NCBI GenBank assembly: GCA_001643675.2 | Contig: LSRY02000073.1 | Coordinates: 1-64,000, forward strand | DNA length: 64,000 bases | Reading direction: 5' to 3' | Origin: Monocercomonoides exilis PA203 | Lineage: Eukaryota; Protista; Preaxostyla | Part shown: one piece after another, positions 11,701 through 22,451 of the stretch | How the letters are laid out: each line of letters opens with the position of its first letter | Position numbering within the stretch: position 1 is the stretch's first letter | The notes under the pieces: model-generated | Told to the model about the DNA's origin: nothing | The model's input: only the letters and a program-made list of their open reading frames with translations | Databases searched by the model: none | Position numbers and translations under genes: made by a program

Positions 11701-14298
11701 CTCAGAGCCGCTGAGTCTGGATGGATCGGCAAAGCACTGGGTGTGGTCGATAAACTGAAGTGTGGTTGTGTTCACGATATCAATCAGCAACACTCTGCTT
11801 GTGCATCTGAGAAAGAGGTCTCTTCCAACCGCTGCTCTGTTTGGTGTGGAATTGGAGAAGCACACGCCGCTGCTTATCTGGAGGAGTGCTTTGGCGTTGT
11901 CGATATGCACCATCATCCCTCCGCCCTTTCCGCCCTTTCCTCCCGTTCCTCCCGTTCCCTCTGTATCGGGCACACAGCAATCAGCGAAAGCAGCCGAGCC
12001 GTTCACAACCATCTCAGCATCCTTGTCTGTCAGGTGCACACACACCCCTCCGCCGCACGAGCCATCCTGGCAGGCGGTGCAGCTGGAGAAGGATCCACCA
12101 GTGATGCACACTTGCGATCCAGCGATGAGGGAGCATTCGAGGCCGCTTCCGCTTCCACTTTGCCGGGTGATGGCTGTCAGGTTTGTGGAAGTGAGTGTGA
12201 CGCTCAGTGCAGCCTCGGCATTCACAGTCAGGGCAGCCACAGATGAAAGGCACATAGGGCCAATTTCCACCGAATCGAACAGCACATGCCCTGCAGCCAC
12301 AGTTATGACGGATGCAGCGAATGGTGCATCGGGCAGTGTTTCTGCTGCAGTGATTGTGCAGTGGTCGACTTCGAGGCATCCCTGCATGTCTGTCAGGTGG
12401 AACAGGTGGGAGTGCAGCGAGGCGCTTGCATTCCTGCGGAATGCGAGGGAGCTGAAAGTGGCACTGCCAGTTGTGATTTGCACGAGGGCTGTGCTGTCTG
12501 TGGCATCAGCACTCAGCACTGTTTTGTCAGCGCCAGCGCCGCTGAAGGATATGGTGAGTGTGCACACATTGATCCTTGTTTCGTGGCACACACACTCCTC
12601 GACTGCAACAGCCTTTGTTTGGAGCAGCGGGTTGGCCACGCCCACTGCATATCCCACGGTTCTGCATCTTCTGCCTTGGATGTCTCCTGCATCAGCCGAT
12701 CCGCATGCTTGGTGGTCGATGCCGCTGGCACTGTTGACGAGGATAGGATCGAAGAAAGTGTTTGGAATCCAGGAGCTGCATTCTTGCATCCCCTTCACAA
12801 CCCTGTTTGTGGAGCCAGCTGTTGTCGAGCGGCAGAGCACAAAGCACTCATCATTGATGTTTGTCCAACCGCTGTCGATATACACATCGTGACCCATTTT
12901 TGCAGCAGAATTGTTTTCAAAGAAGCAATAATAAATAAATGAAGTTCGAACACCACCTGAATCATCCCAGCTGATTCCTCCTCCATGGTTGTCACTCGAA
13001 CAGTTTCTGAAACAGCAATCTTTAACAATTGCCCATGAATTTTCATAAAAACCTAAACAACCTCCGTGATATATTCGAGATTGTTTAGTGCAATTCAAAA
13101 AGACGATTGATTCAATAGAGCATTGTGCATTGCTATTGTTGTATGAAGTCATACTTGAACCAACGTGTTGTGTTGTGCATGATGAAATATTACAATTTTT
13201 GATTATAAATGAATTCATATAATATAAATCTGCAACACCACTCGAATGACCAGAGTTGCAAAGCGAAAATGATGTATTTGTAATAATTGTGTTTTTTCCT
13301 CCTGTTCTGAAGGAAACAGCGCCTCCACAATACGAAGAATTGCAGTTATTGAACATGCAATGTGAGATACTCAGTACTCCCGAAGAAGTGAAGCGAATTG
13401 CTCCACCATAATCACTTGCCAACGTAGAAAAGTGGCAATCAACGAACGTTGCATCACCTGTTGAAATGTTCTGTCTTAACATTGAATGATCTCCAATCAC
13501 TGGCTGGGCATTATGGTGTCTGTGGCAGTTCTCAAAGGAAGTGTTTGCTGATGAGTGAGTGAAAGATTTGGAGTTCAGTGCATGGAACAAGCCTCCGTTG
13601 TATGGGGATTCGACACATTTCACGGAGCATCCAGACATCACTGTTCTGATTTCGCGGGTGGGGATATCGAGGGGCTCATTCATGTTTGTGGTGTGGGTGA
13701 TGTTTGTGAAGCATGAATGCAGCAGCTCAACATCGGATATGCCAGATGTGGCGACAAACGGAGAGCCAGCACAGACGCAGCAGGAGTCGAAGAGGGATGA
13801 GGATATTGAGACTCTGCAGCTCGCTGAGCTGGCAGGATGGTCAGCACCGCTGGCAATGGATGAAACAGGGGCAGCTGGGTTAGAGACTGCCAGCGAGATG
13901 TTGAACAGCCACAGGGATGCACATTGCAGCTGGGCAACATGGTGGGTTGATTTGGCGGTGTATGAGAGAGTGCAAGATGTGAATGTGGCATTGCTGCTGG
14001 TGATGGCAAGGCAGGCGTGTGGTGCACAGCATGCAAGGGATGTGTCAGACAGCAGGAAAGAGGTGTTGGCCATTGTTGCACAGTGGCGGCTGAGCAGCTG
14101 AGTTTGTTTTGGAGCACTCAACAAACCCTTGAAAAGGCATAGCTGTTTGTTGTTGGATGTGCCAATGGACTTATAATTGAAAGGCAAGTGTGCTTTGCAT
14201 GGTGAATGTTCCGAGCAGTTGGCAGCGCCATTTGATTCGCATGCAATGAAGCACAAAAACAAGAAAGTCAAATGGCACTTCATGGATGCTTTCAGCAT
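6184..14298 (-). CDS. 2704-aa single-pass receptor-like protein: signal peptide, Cys-rich pectin-lyase-like beta-helix ectodomain, TM helix, degenerate tyrosine-kinase-like (pseudokinase) C-terminus
   Basis: Hydrophobic N-terminus (LTFLFLCFIAC); recurrent GGA/GGG-x-F and CG-x4-C-x-T motifs; TM WLLIVIVLVAILFIVLIGFIIFVV followed by RWRKQKRR; kinase subdomain VIII/IX/XI-like RWKAPE, FSIGMMLWEC..QIPF and CL..NPDARPS; no HRD or DFG. Confidence 0.88.
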   Translation of the reverse strand: MLKASMKCHLTFLFLCFIACESNGAANCSEHSPCKAHLPFNYKSIGTSNNKQLCLFKGLLSAPKQTQLLSRHCATMANTSFLLSDTSLACCAPHACLAITSSNATFTSCTLSYTAKSTHHVAQLQCASLWLFNISLAVSNPAAPVSSIASGADHPASSASCRVSISSSLFDSCCVCAGSPFVATSGISDVELLHSCFTNITHTTNMNEPLDIPTREIRTVMSGCSVKCVESPYNGGLFHALNSKSFTHSSANTSFENCHRHHNAQPVIGDHSMLRQNISTGDATFVDCHFSTLASDYGGAIRFTSSGVLSISHCMFNNCNSSYCGGAVSFRTGGKNTIITNTSFSLCNSGHSSGVADLYYMNSFIIKNCNISSCTTQHVGSSMTSYNNSNAQCSIESIVFLNCTKQSRIYHGGCLGFYENSWAIVKDCCFRNCSSDNHGGGISWDDSGGVRTSFIYYCFFENNSAAKMGHDVYIDSGWTNINDECFVLCRSTTAGSTNRVVKGMQECSSWIPNTFFDPILVNSASGIDHQACGSADAGDIQGRRCRTVGYAVGVANPLLQTKAVAVEECVCHETRINVCTLTISFSGAGADKTVLSADATDSTALVQITTGSATFSSLAFRRNASASLHSHLFHLTDMQGCLEVDHCTITAAETLPDAPFAASVITVAAGHVLFDSVEIGPMCLSSVAALTVNAEAALSVTLTSTNLTAITRQSGSGSGLECSLIAGSQVCITGGSFSSCTACQDGSCGGGVCVHLTDKDAEMVVNGSAAFADCCVPDTEGTGGTGGKGGKGGGMMVHIDNAKALLQISSGVCFSNSTPNRAAVGRDLFLRCTSRVLLIDIVNTTTLQFIDHTQCFADPSRLSGSEDGADQPVIPLEIYLCHHDNNIYVDGLAGTDHLHCGPSVFACETVHFAASNRITSASTTILLAANSTLASEITIETFPFLLSSATAHLQAVHVHDAGQCSNKAIVTASAEMSASSICFLLPTAMSTGRHGFIHSLAAFTLDHCCIDFHSAPSHPVIFYIMRLASGSATITNTQISTHAEFSTFTPILISGAHSITINSTIIARPRRANGDGGCLIAEKHTQQGTTMHLSNCTISSCCIRAHTLKGGGLYASVENGRKLTMTGVTFTQCSAPSSAPEADTDADDETDAEIEIDAENEDTEERGLGGGMFIEGGEGSMDFVLQNMTFDECRAWRGKSLFVAGQMLDSVADTLHLKWDMDGPAFQSLHQLNGWERATCGEHYAVPLVVYLWTNFSAHAYVDGADGWDFSACGFDVAPCRSISKALQLRFVPDLPSSASTITVTHSTTFSILLHLQPSATHHNPQLLINGNLHGTPVAVHEPALQGSNKAFLASSILLRLANLSFSLPPSLHSILSFLQTATSSARLSLSACSFASTAPSSPTSYAVVSVLAGSADIANCCVSAITLAHPFFLVAATASQAAVQNLSACMVDASPAGIIEVAAPAEDASKQTYSPTNSQLTFTIADSNFTNITARANHSTVFALPSYQSIDCVLDSCFCTNCVGETIDEGGAVRVCLSSTESSLKVASCVLTQCVCSRTKGKGGALMIDCTQPQSLPQSLHQSHSQSYSQSSPPAPDDLLHPIPLRILNDRFILNDAFAGKDIFIRSDHVATQINETQFTLDFTQPSLQTNNSICGSTFTDSTLLDLIPLITFFKAGQIHACLLGTDSRQCGSTSNMCRTIDNSIRHIDSGTWNMVVVHTDSAFARQTTLADLTLRSATKLICLVHLQTPIPIEQTHHAVVAFANDCSLDSCHFSIGSGFASELDSVFRQLNGSLLVVSCTFTSAGTEALLNSTLISVASGVFEMRKAALHSIATTRNLLLFCSSAVAVCTETNISSTATSNAALAIEPSTTIEIRDLAIHNSTADNAFIACGCPQTPGAQPSPDEPASLLKLVGVAVAHATTKRCGIDCTSCTGTILQHNCSFTNFTSTSSSTSSSTSTPTFASESESASASATGTMEHFANCANIQIEACIFQGTGTAASCTSSTSNTANTAREVADNVCTWNGSLVHFADSSVAITDAAFTAAPQGALSLSAASAHIRKILFANNTPSIPNYQSARRNIICSNASTLHLTSIASGDGLLPNTSLWIHTTACSLHGIPAQRASSFFIPTLTSAAITHHNNTHIQIRCNGSLLLPCNLSYALFFLLGDQHAVEKGLFSHDDYVSENEIASTIPANAIADASDKADVLVALQFGNPSSPSFTDAIVVKNKSESQANGDEKLVEEGKEEKSYWLLIVIVLVAILFIVLIGFIIFVVRWRKQKRRTEELEEIVNDNIKKDPKAFEMVTMEMSPEEQWRRAEREAEKKNEERFKKRVYEKSLGHSESSEHLLSESGSTEYILGKDSDKIPEWVLEKDEEEKIRKQTPSPSISSTSTTGTSDTESTFVRGEDLCPTTSSMSNLVDAMACSSPHEKLIVDLRDSLFMLLHGKNEKKEMAIGTLREREQTAAQILFWVAGGALFSFEDGEDDLPSLPNLSPHIVLFSEHMVICIAMHSECSSSDSDSSSISSSTIVTSSSDGSRRSKRYTRSPPPSSAFEDDEDNRNECLRWKAPELQINKKMGAKKASVSFSIGMMLWECVTLQIPFGEYEAETAGQKIANGEKPDLGAAGCSAFAQTINACLSQNPDARPSPAQLQRQFIQHFPGGAPSLTASDALYCYHPLHLNCSSDQSASYSATTFTEDPAAPS

Positions 14299-14814
14299 GG
14301 TGACATATAATTTTTTTTTTGAATTTGATTTGTCAGAAAGTCCAAATTATGAGTTTTGTTTTTCTTTGAATGGGTCTTCGAGATAATGTCTTGGCAAATT
14401 TTATGTGCTTTTTAACTTTTGTTAATTGCTGTTCTTTTACTTCGATGAACAACGAAAATTGCGTGATTGTTGCAATCATAACGAATTTTTATGATTTGAG
14501 CAATTGTGATGATTGTGAATCTCAATAATTTAATTTTCATGAAAAATGTTTGATCTCATCCAGCTTCGTAATTATCTTTCTCTTTCTTTTCAAACACAAA
14601 ATCAAACAAATATCAAAAAAGTTGGCATTGATGTTGTTATAATTCTCGCTCTCTCTCTCTTTCTCTTTCTCTGATTGTTTAATTATTCTATTCATTTTTT
14701 TTGTCAAATATCCGTAACTGTTGAAAATTCGAAATCCCAATTATTCACAAATCGAATTCATTCAAACTGGATGAAAAACCTGTTCAAAACAGTCATAATC
14801 TTTTTTTTTTCTGT

Positions 14815-15250
14815 TAAAACGATGTATTTATAAACATGGTGAAAGAAAATTTTGTTCTTTTGAGGTATTTTATTAAAGAAAAAATCAGGATTTGTTCCAA
14901 ACTTTCACTCAATTTAAGAATAATAAGTCTCACATTCCCACGCATTTGAATGAAGAAAATAATGAATAAATAAAAATTATAGGAAATAATTGAGTGGACA
15001 AAATTCATAAAGAAAAAATATAACTTCCCAAATTGGAACGTAATATTTTGCTTTATGAATTTTGTTCCGCTCAATTCTTTTAAATATTATTCCCGATTTT
15101 CGATTTAATTGTAATAGTATGCATTGTTCATGTTGATTTATAATGAAATGATTGTTTAAAAAGTTTGGAACAAATCTCAGTTTTTCTCATTATTTCAAAA
15201 ATTTAGCCCAAATACTATTCATTATACCATAATTATTTATCAAAAGTTTT
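14815..15250. repeat. Degenerate fold-back palindrome / old MITE-like element centred at ~15032
   Basis: Two arm pairs share one axis: tttgttccaaacttt 14891-14905 with 15160-15174, and aattgagtggacaaaattcataaag from 14988 with ctttatgaattttgttccgctcaatt ending 15076. Outer limits approximate. Confidence 0.7.
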
Positions 15251-15460
15251 TGAAAGTTATTTGAAACTGAGATAACTTCTATAATAGCATTTAGAAAAAA
15301 TAGATTAAATCTAGACAATAGCGGGAATTGATTATTTGTGTTTTTTTGTATGCAATGTTTGAATCTGAGCCTTTTTTAACTTTTATATTTCTCCACAAAG
15401 TTTGGTTTGGCAAGAAATATTTTTATATGCAAAATTGATAGTTTTAAAGAGAAAAAGTTT

Positions 15461-18400
15461 ATGAATCCATTTTCAGATGAAGAATTGATATTTAGAAAAA
15501 ACGTAATTTTTGCTGCTCAAGGAATTGTGAAAAACAGTTTGCTTTTGCTTGAATGGTTGAAAATTTATTTGATAATCGTATTATTATATGAAAGAGCTAC
15601 AATCAGAGTTTATATTTATTTTATTCTTAAAATATACTATTTTAGATATGGTAACAAATCGAACAATTTCATTTTATGTTTGCAAAAAAATGCTTCAGAG
15701 AGGGCAAGACAATTTCGTGCATTTGCATAGCAGTCACCAAAAAACTTTCGAATGCTTTTTTCCCCAAAGAGTTACTTAGGCATCTTGTTCTACCAAATAT
15801 AAGCGAAAGCCTATCATTTGATGAAGTTGTAAATATGTATCACATAATTGGAGAACTGCTCGAAAGTTTTTTTATGAACAGTTATTGCTCAGCTCTTTTC
15901 AGTCAAATAGAAGTTCAAGATATGATTACAATTTTGATTGCGACAGCGCATTTTACACCTTCTCCTTCTGAAGCTCTTTTAAGGACTCTGTATTCGCTAA
16001 TTGCCTCTCTTCATATTCATCCAACATTGCGATGGAAATTGCGCAGTGAAGTGCAACGCCGAATTTCAAAAATCAGTTCAAACGAGAGGTCAATCGCATC
16101 CTGCATTGATGAAGCTTTCCCTCCTGGTGAATACTCTGTTATATCCAGAAAGTTGCAATTGCGCTCCAAAGCACATGTGGATTGCATTCAGCCTCTTTTT
16201 TGCATATTCTCGCAGTTACCTATTATGAGGTTGTGCAATCCGCCTACGCGAATGAACATCATGCGAGTTATTGCAACTGTTCTTTTCAATGTGATGAGCA
16301 TTTTTCCTTTTGATGATTCAGACTCCAGCCCAACACACAATCCGTCTGAAATGTATTTCCAGGTAAACTCGATACGCTCGTACGAAGCAGAGCAGTGCAG
16401 AAAGACTCAAGGAAGCTTCTTGCTTGAGAATGGGATTCTGCGGAAGGTGAGCGACTATCGGTATTCTCAGTCATTTTTGACGGCTGAAGAGGAAAAACAA
16501 GCCAAGCGCAAGATCGAATGGAACGGAGAAGGAGATGATATATTGAATCAGCTGATGATCTTTCTTGAAAGAGCTTTTATCAGCCACAAAGACAACGAAA
16601 TTGAGTGCTTCCAAGATGGAGAAGACAAATATTCTGAATCGTCCTCTAAATCGAATGCACTTTCGTCTATGCTATCATTCATAATGCCAAAGAGGAATAA
16701 AAAAGACGCTGCTAAAAATGGAAAGAAGCGACGATATGTGAAAAAGGAATGGGTAGTATCGCTAAAAGGAGAAGAGAAAGCTGAGCACGACAAAGAATTG
16801 ATCAGCTCGCACGAAAAGAGACTTGTTCTTCTGCTTCTTTCGATGCTTATTGCGCAAAGGAACAATCTCAGAATGCAGCAGAAACGCGATTCAGAAGAAG
16901 AGATGCAGCCACAAGAGATTGACGAAGAAACAAAAAGAGTGCTTGAGCTGCTGCTTTCAGCAGCCACGTTTCATTGTGATTTGATGAAGCAGCTTGAAGA
17001 ACAGATTCTTTCAAAAGAAAAGCCAAAAATGCAGAAGAGAAAAGAGAAAGACGGAGATTTTGTTGACTCGGATTTGGAATCTATTGATGAAAGAAGAAGT
17101 GATACTTGCATATTTAATGGAACAGAAACAAATTCCGATGCACGAAATACTATTTCTCATTGTGATATTCGACAAATGGAAATTGTGTTAAGTGCATTGT
17201 CAATTTGCTGTTTTTCTCTTTCTTTGCTTGTTTCATCATTGGGTTTGCAATTTATTTATTCCTCCTTGCCAATTTAAAAGTTCGAGAAATTTTTTGTTTC
17301 TATGTAAAATGAAAAATGCGTTTTCTTAAAAAAACAACAAATGTTACATCAATTTGAAATTATGTAAACTTCTCAATTTCATCCTCAATATGTTGTTTTC
17401 TTCTTTTGATCAGATACAATTCGAGACTATCTTTTTGACAATCAACTTTTCCCATTGATAGAAAGCGTTACACAGTTTGCACTTCGACAATACTTTTTCT
17501 TTCCTCTCATTTTTAATCTTCAACAATTCATTGCTTTCATTTTGATTTTGATGTTTTTTATTTGTTGTTCAGAGCACTTCTTTTATCCTCATCTCACAGC
17601 GCGCAATTGTCTCAGACGCCAATTTTGTGCTTCTTCACATTGATTCGCTCGTGTCTTTCATCCAACGAAGCAGTCGATGCTTTCAACAACTCCAACTTCT
17701 ACACTGCACTCCAAAAGCTGCTCCATTCGTCTGTAATGAACACCTTCACCCCTTTCCCTCCAAACGGCATGTTTTCTGTTCCGCCTGCCTGCCACTTCAG
17801 CATCCTGCCTCTCTTCACAATGGAGCCCTCATCATATTCTCTGTGCCCGCCTGTACTCCTCAATGTGACTCTGCTGATGCTCAGCATTTCGATCGTGCGG
17901 CGCTGTCTGGAAGAGAACGGGTCGGCCATTCCTCTGGTCAACTCATCGGCTCTGCTGAACACCATCCATTTGGGTGCGACTGACGTAATTGATTTGTTCA
18001 GAAAGCAGAAGGCAACAAGAGTCATTGACGAGCCCGGGTTCATCGACGATGGAGAAGAGATGCCTTTGATATGTGCATCACCTCTCTTCTCTCTCCACCC
18101 TTATTTCCGCGAATCGTATCCTTCGTCTGCTTTCTGCGACTTCTTCTGCCACGAGTATGCTCTGATGCTGTTTTGGGCAACCAGCACAATCTCCCCAACG
18201 CATATCATCAACACTTCTGATTCATCTCCTCAGCTTCCCCTTCTTCCTCCACTTTATGTTGCCTTCTGCCTCGATTTGGTTGTGAGCACGTCAATCACAG
18301 CAACATTGATGAATGTGCTGTATGTGCTGAGCAACATCTACTCCATTCCGCAGAAAATGGAGTATGAAATGGAAGAGCAAGAGGACGCATATGAAGCTGA

Positions 18401-18563
18401 CTCAGTGACAGAAAGAAAAGATGAACGTTTGGTGAAACTTCTGCATATCGTGGAGATGGCAAAGGAATCGTTCGAAGAAGGAGGAGGTAGTGACTTGATG
18501 GTGATGATGATTCATGTGATTGATGAAAATATTCTTGAAGAGATTTCAAATGGATTGTTTTGA
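15461..18563 (+). CDS. Multi-exon hypothetical protein of unknown function; 5' exons uncertain
   Basis: ORFs 15676-17277 and 17562-18563 join in frame through introns 17243-17413 and 17475-17572 (both GTTTGC...CAG) around a small exon (DTIRDYLFDNQLFPLIESVTQ); ends at TGA 18561-18563. Confidence 0.75.
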
Positions 18564-19393
18564 AGCTGTATATCATTTGGGAAATGAGCATTTTGGAGAG
18601 CACAAAAAATTGCATGTGGTTGTGAGTTGCGATTTTTTGTAAAATGCCCTGTCAATAATTCTATCTGTAAGACTCATAATCTTGAACAGTCATTAAGTAT
18701 CGTTCATTTTTAATTTTGAATGTTTTATGTTTGTATATTTATGTTTTAATTTCAAAAAACGCCAATTTATCAAGTTTATCATTTTTAACTTAAAGAAATT
18801 ATCAAAGTTTTTGTTTGAAAAAATGAAGACACATTTTGTTGGAGTTAAAACATTTAAAATTGACTTTATGGAATGTTTGTGTTTATAAAAAGAACAATAA
18901 TAAATATGAATAGCTATTGTTTAGGAATCTCTGAATTGAATTGAAAGGGAAAAAAATAAACAATAAAAAGCAAAATCTATGCATAACTTCGAAAATTGTC
19001 ATTGGAAAGCAAATAAATCGAATATAATCACACAAAATTGTGCAAATTTGTATGTGATTATACTCGATTTATATTGCACTTTCTTTTTCGAAAGTTGGTG
19101 TTTGTGAGTTATTTGGAAATAAAAGCAAGAAAAAAATAAAAATGGAAAACATAAATAAAAGAGAAACAAAAGAACAACGAAAAACTGAAGTAAAAGTAAT
19201 ATTGTTGCAAATAATCGCATTGAAGAATAAAAAAGAAATATTTCTCCTTTGAAATATTCAGATTTTATCGTTCAAAAGCAATTGATTGCACCAATAATAA
19301 CTAACTACTAATATTTATTTACAATTTTTAAATAAGATTTATAGCTTTCAGGCAAAACTTGTGAAACAAAATAAAATACGTGTTATTCCTTCC

Positions 19394-22300
19394 TCATACG
19401 AATTTCAAGTTTTTCATCTGAGAAAATGGAGCGTTCAACCATTTGTGTAAAACCACACTTGATGTCGAAGTTTCAGGAAGAGGCCCAAAAAGAGGTTGAA
19501 GGCACGTCACATCGATTCCACAGCAGCTGTGTCTCACAAATGCCTTGAGTGAATTCGAATGATAGAAAGAATTTGCATCATTAAAATAAAAGATAAAATA
19601 GAAAAATGAAGGAGAAGTAGAATTTCATTGAATTTCAATTAAATAAAATATAAGAAAGAGAGAGAAAGAAAGAATTAAATATTAAAATAGATAAAAACAA
19701 GGTAATTGATGCATACAGCGCATTTCACTCTCCGAGGGATGTTTGAGAAGCGGTGGGGGAGCATTTTTGAGCCCAGGAAGAATGTGACTGTTCGTGTCTG
19801 CATGTCAATCTGCATCCCAACACTCTCGTTTCCGCTCCAAATGGGATTCCCAAAATACGTCTGCCCATTTTGAATCAAACAGCCACTAAAAATGTGTATA
19901 GAATTGATGAACAAAAATGAAACATAACACAGAAAATGAGAAAATGATTAAGTTGTATCAAAAATAAAGTAACAATATGACTTAAAAAGAATTGAAAACA
20001 CACTTTTTCGCGTTAAAAGATGCAGTTTCTGTTCATTTGAAGAAATGCAATGCGATAATTGTTCATGATTATGAATTGAAAAACGGAAATATCATCATTT
20101 TAATTGCCATAAATCGTTGAGGAAGAAAAAAAGACGAAATAAAAGAAAAGAAAAAATTGTATGTTCAAAAATTGTCAAAAGTTACCAAAAAAAGCAATGC
20201 AAACTTTCTGTGCTTCCGAGAACATATTGTTCTGGTGGAACAAACTGGCTTTCACAAATTCCAATCACTAAGCAAATGAGACAATGAAAGGCAAAGCAAT
20301 AAAATGGCAAACAGAAAGGAAAAAAAAAATAAAGAAAGAAAATTATCCAATTTCTTTTTCAAAATGAATGAGCAATTTTCACACTTCTTTCAGGAGATGT
20401 GTTTGAGAATTTCATTTCGCAATACCAGATGCCCTGAACAACACATCACAGCATATCACATCAAATAGAATATATCCCATTCAAATGTTTGTATCATTAT
20501 AAGAACAAAAAGCAAATTGATTATCATTCAGAATGAATTTTCAAATAACAAAACAAAACAAATAAATAAATGAATAAATGAATAAATAAATGAAAAAAGA
20601 GAGCAAATTAAACAAACCTGATCGATGACTGTGTCAACCACGATTGTTGTGTCGTTCCGCTTCACATTTGTCAGTCTGGAGCCTTTTATCTGCACCAAAA
20701 GAGGGTTGGCTACAAGAAAGCGGATTTGCGTGTTTCCAATTTCAACTGAAAATTACAAATAAACAAATAGAAAAGATAAAAGTCAAAATGATAAGAAAGA
20801 AAACATAAACATCAAAGAAAAGCAAAATGAAAAAGAAGAATAACATTAAATCATAACATCAAAAGGCCAATTTCAACATCAATTAAAATAATCAACACAA
20901 TTTTTATCCTTGTCAAAACCCAAAAAACAAAAAAACAAAAAAACAAAAAAACAAAAAAACAAAAAAACAAAAAAAAAAAGCAAAATAATCCAATTTCATA
21001 CCCAATCTTGGCTTGATGCATTTGACGATAGTCTTTCCGTGGTCCTTCACGTTTCCGATAAGCTCTTCAACATGCTGCACGCCTTCGCTCCATGTCAAAC
21101 TCATCATGCCCTCTCTCGTGCCGGAGGTGAGGAAATAATGAGGATTGGCTGGAGGAGAAGAAGAAGGCGAGGGGGAGGGTGAAGGTGATGTGGGCGATAG
21201 AGAAGAAGGAGAAGGAGAAGAGGAGGAAGAAGAAGGAGGAGGAGGAGGAAGAAGAAGAGTATAATTTGAATATCTTGAAGGCAAAGGAGCAATGGAAGGC
21301 ATGCCCATCTGTGTTGAAATGTTCTGAAATGGAATGTATGAAATGGGTGGAAGAGGAGGAAGAGAAGAAGAAGATGATGATGAAGGTGAAGGCGATAATG
21401 AAGAAGAAGAAGAAGAAGAGGCAGAAGCAGAAGCAGAAGCAGAAGCAGAAGCAGATGAAGCAGGATCACCTTCACTTCTCACCTTCAAATCGTGTCTGGG
21501 GTCGAGCCAGGGCATCGACGTCTTCGAAAGAGCGTCGAGTTCTTCAGCCACTTTGACTGACTTCCTCACAAACAGCGGGAACAGGATGTCTCCCCAGAGG
21601 AATATCGCATTCGTCAGACTGCTTCGTCGAAACTCGAATATCTTCTGCGCTGCCACTTTCGAGTTTTTGCTCATATTTCCCCAGTCGCTTTTGGCGGCTG
21701 CCTCTTCAATCTCCCTCCTCGTCTCTCTGCTGCACAAGCCTTGTTCTTCTCTTCTTTCCTCCAGCACTTTCTTCAGAAGATCGTCCGGAAGCATCTTCAG
21801 CCCACGCAGCTCGTTCTCCTTTGCCGTGAGCAGCTTCAGAATGTTTTTCTCCCTCAGTTTTGTGAACTGCACGAAATGAGTCATCATGAGGATGTTGTTG
21901 AGGCATTCGTTGCAGTGGAAGAAGATGGCGGCGTGGAAGAGGATGGGCGGGAGAGGAGGGAGATCGATGAAGGAGGTGGGCGGAGAGAGGAGTATGGTCG
22001 TCTGGGAAGAAGAAGACGATGATGATGATGATGATGAAGGAGGCGGAGGAGGAAGGGAAGGAGAGGAAGAAGAAGATGATGACGATGATGACGATGATGA
22101 TGGATTATCAGAAGAAGAATGAGAAGAAGAAGATTGGACAGGAGCAGGGGAGTTAGCAAACAAAAGAGAACTTGAGAGAGATTTTGAAGCTGGTTGAGTT
22201 GAATGAGATGAAGAAGAGGAAGAAGAAGAAGAAGAAGATTTTGGAGAAGGGACGGTGATGAGCAGAGCAGCCAGAGAGCCTTCAGAGGAAGAAGAATGAC

Positions 22301-22416
22301 TCGAGTCAGAGGAGATGGAGGTTGGTGTGTTGGATGAACGAGAAGGAGAGTGAGAAGAATGAGAAGAATGAGAAGAGGATGTGGAGATGGAATCGGAAGT
22401 GGATCGAATAGAAGAA

Positions 22417-22451
<35 letters not shown>

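Noticed and set aside
6296-12942. Long + strand ORFs (416, 454, 376 aa) overlapping the receptor gene
   Set aside because: Antisense open frames expected from GC-rich codon usage; no independent motifs.
17490-17572. Possible AT-initiated (U12-type) intron
   Set aside because: A canonical GTTTGC donor at 17475 gives the same phase, and there is no ATATCC consensus.
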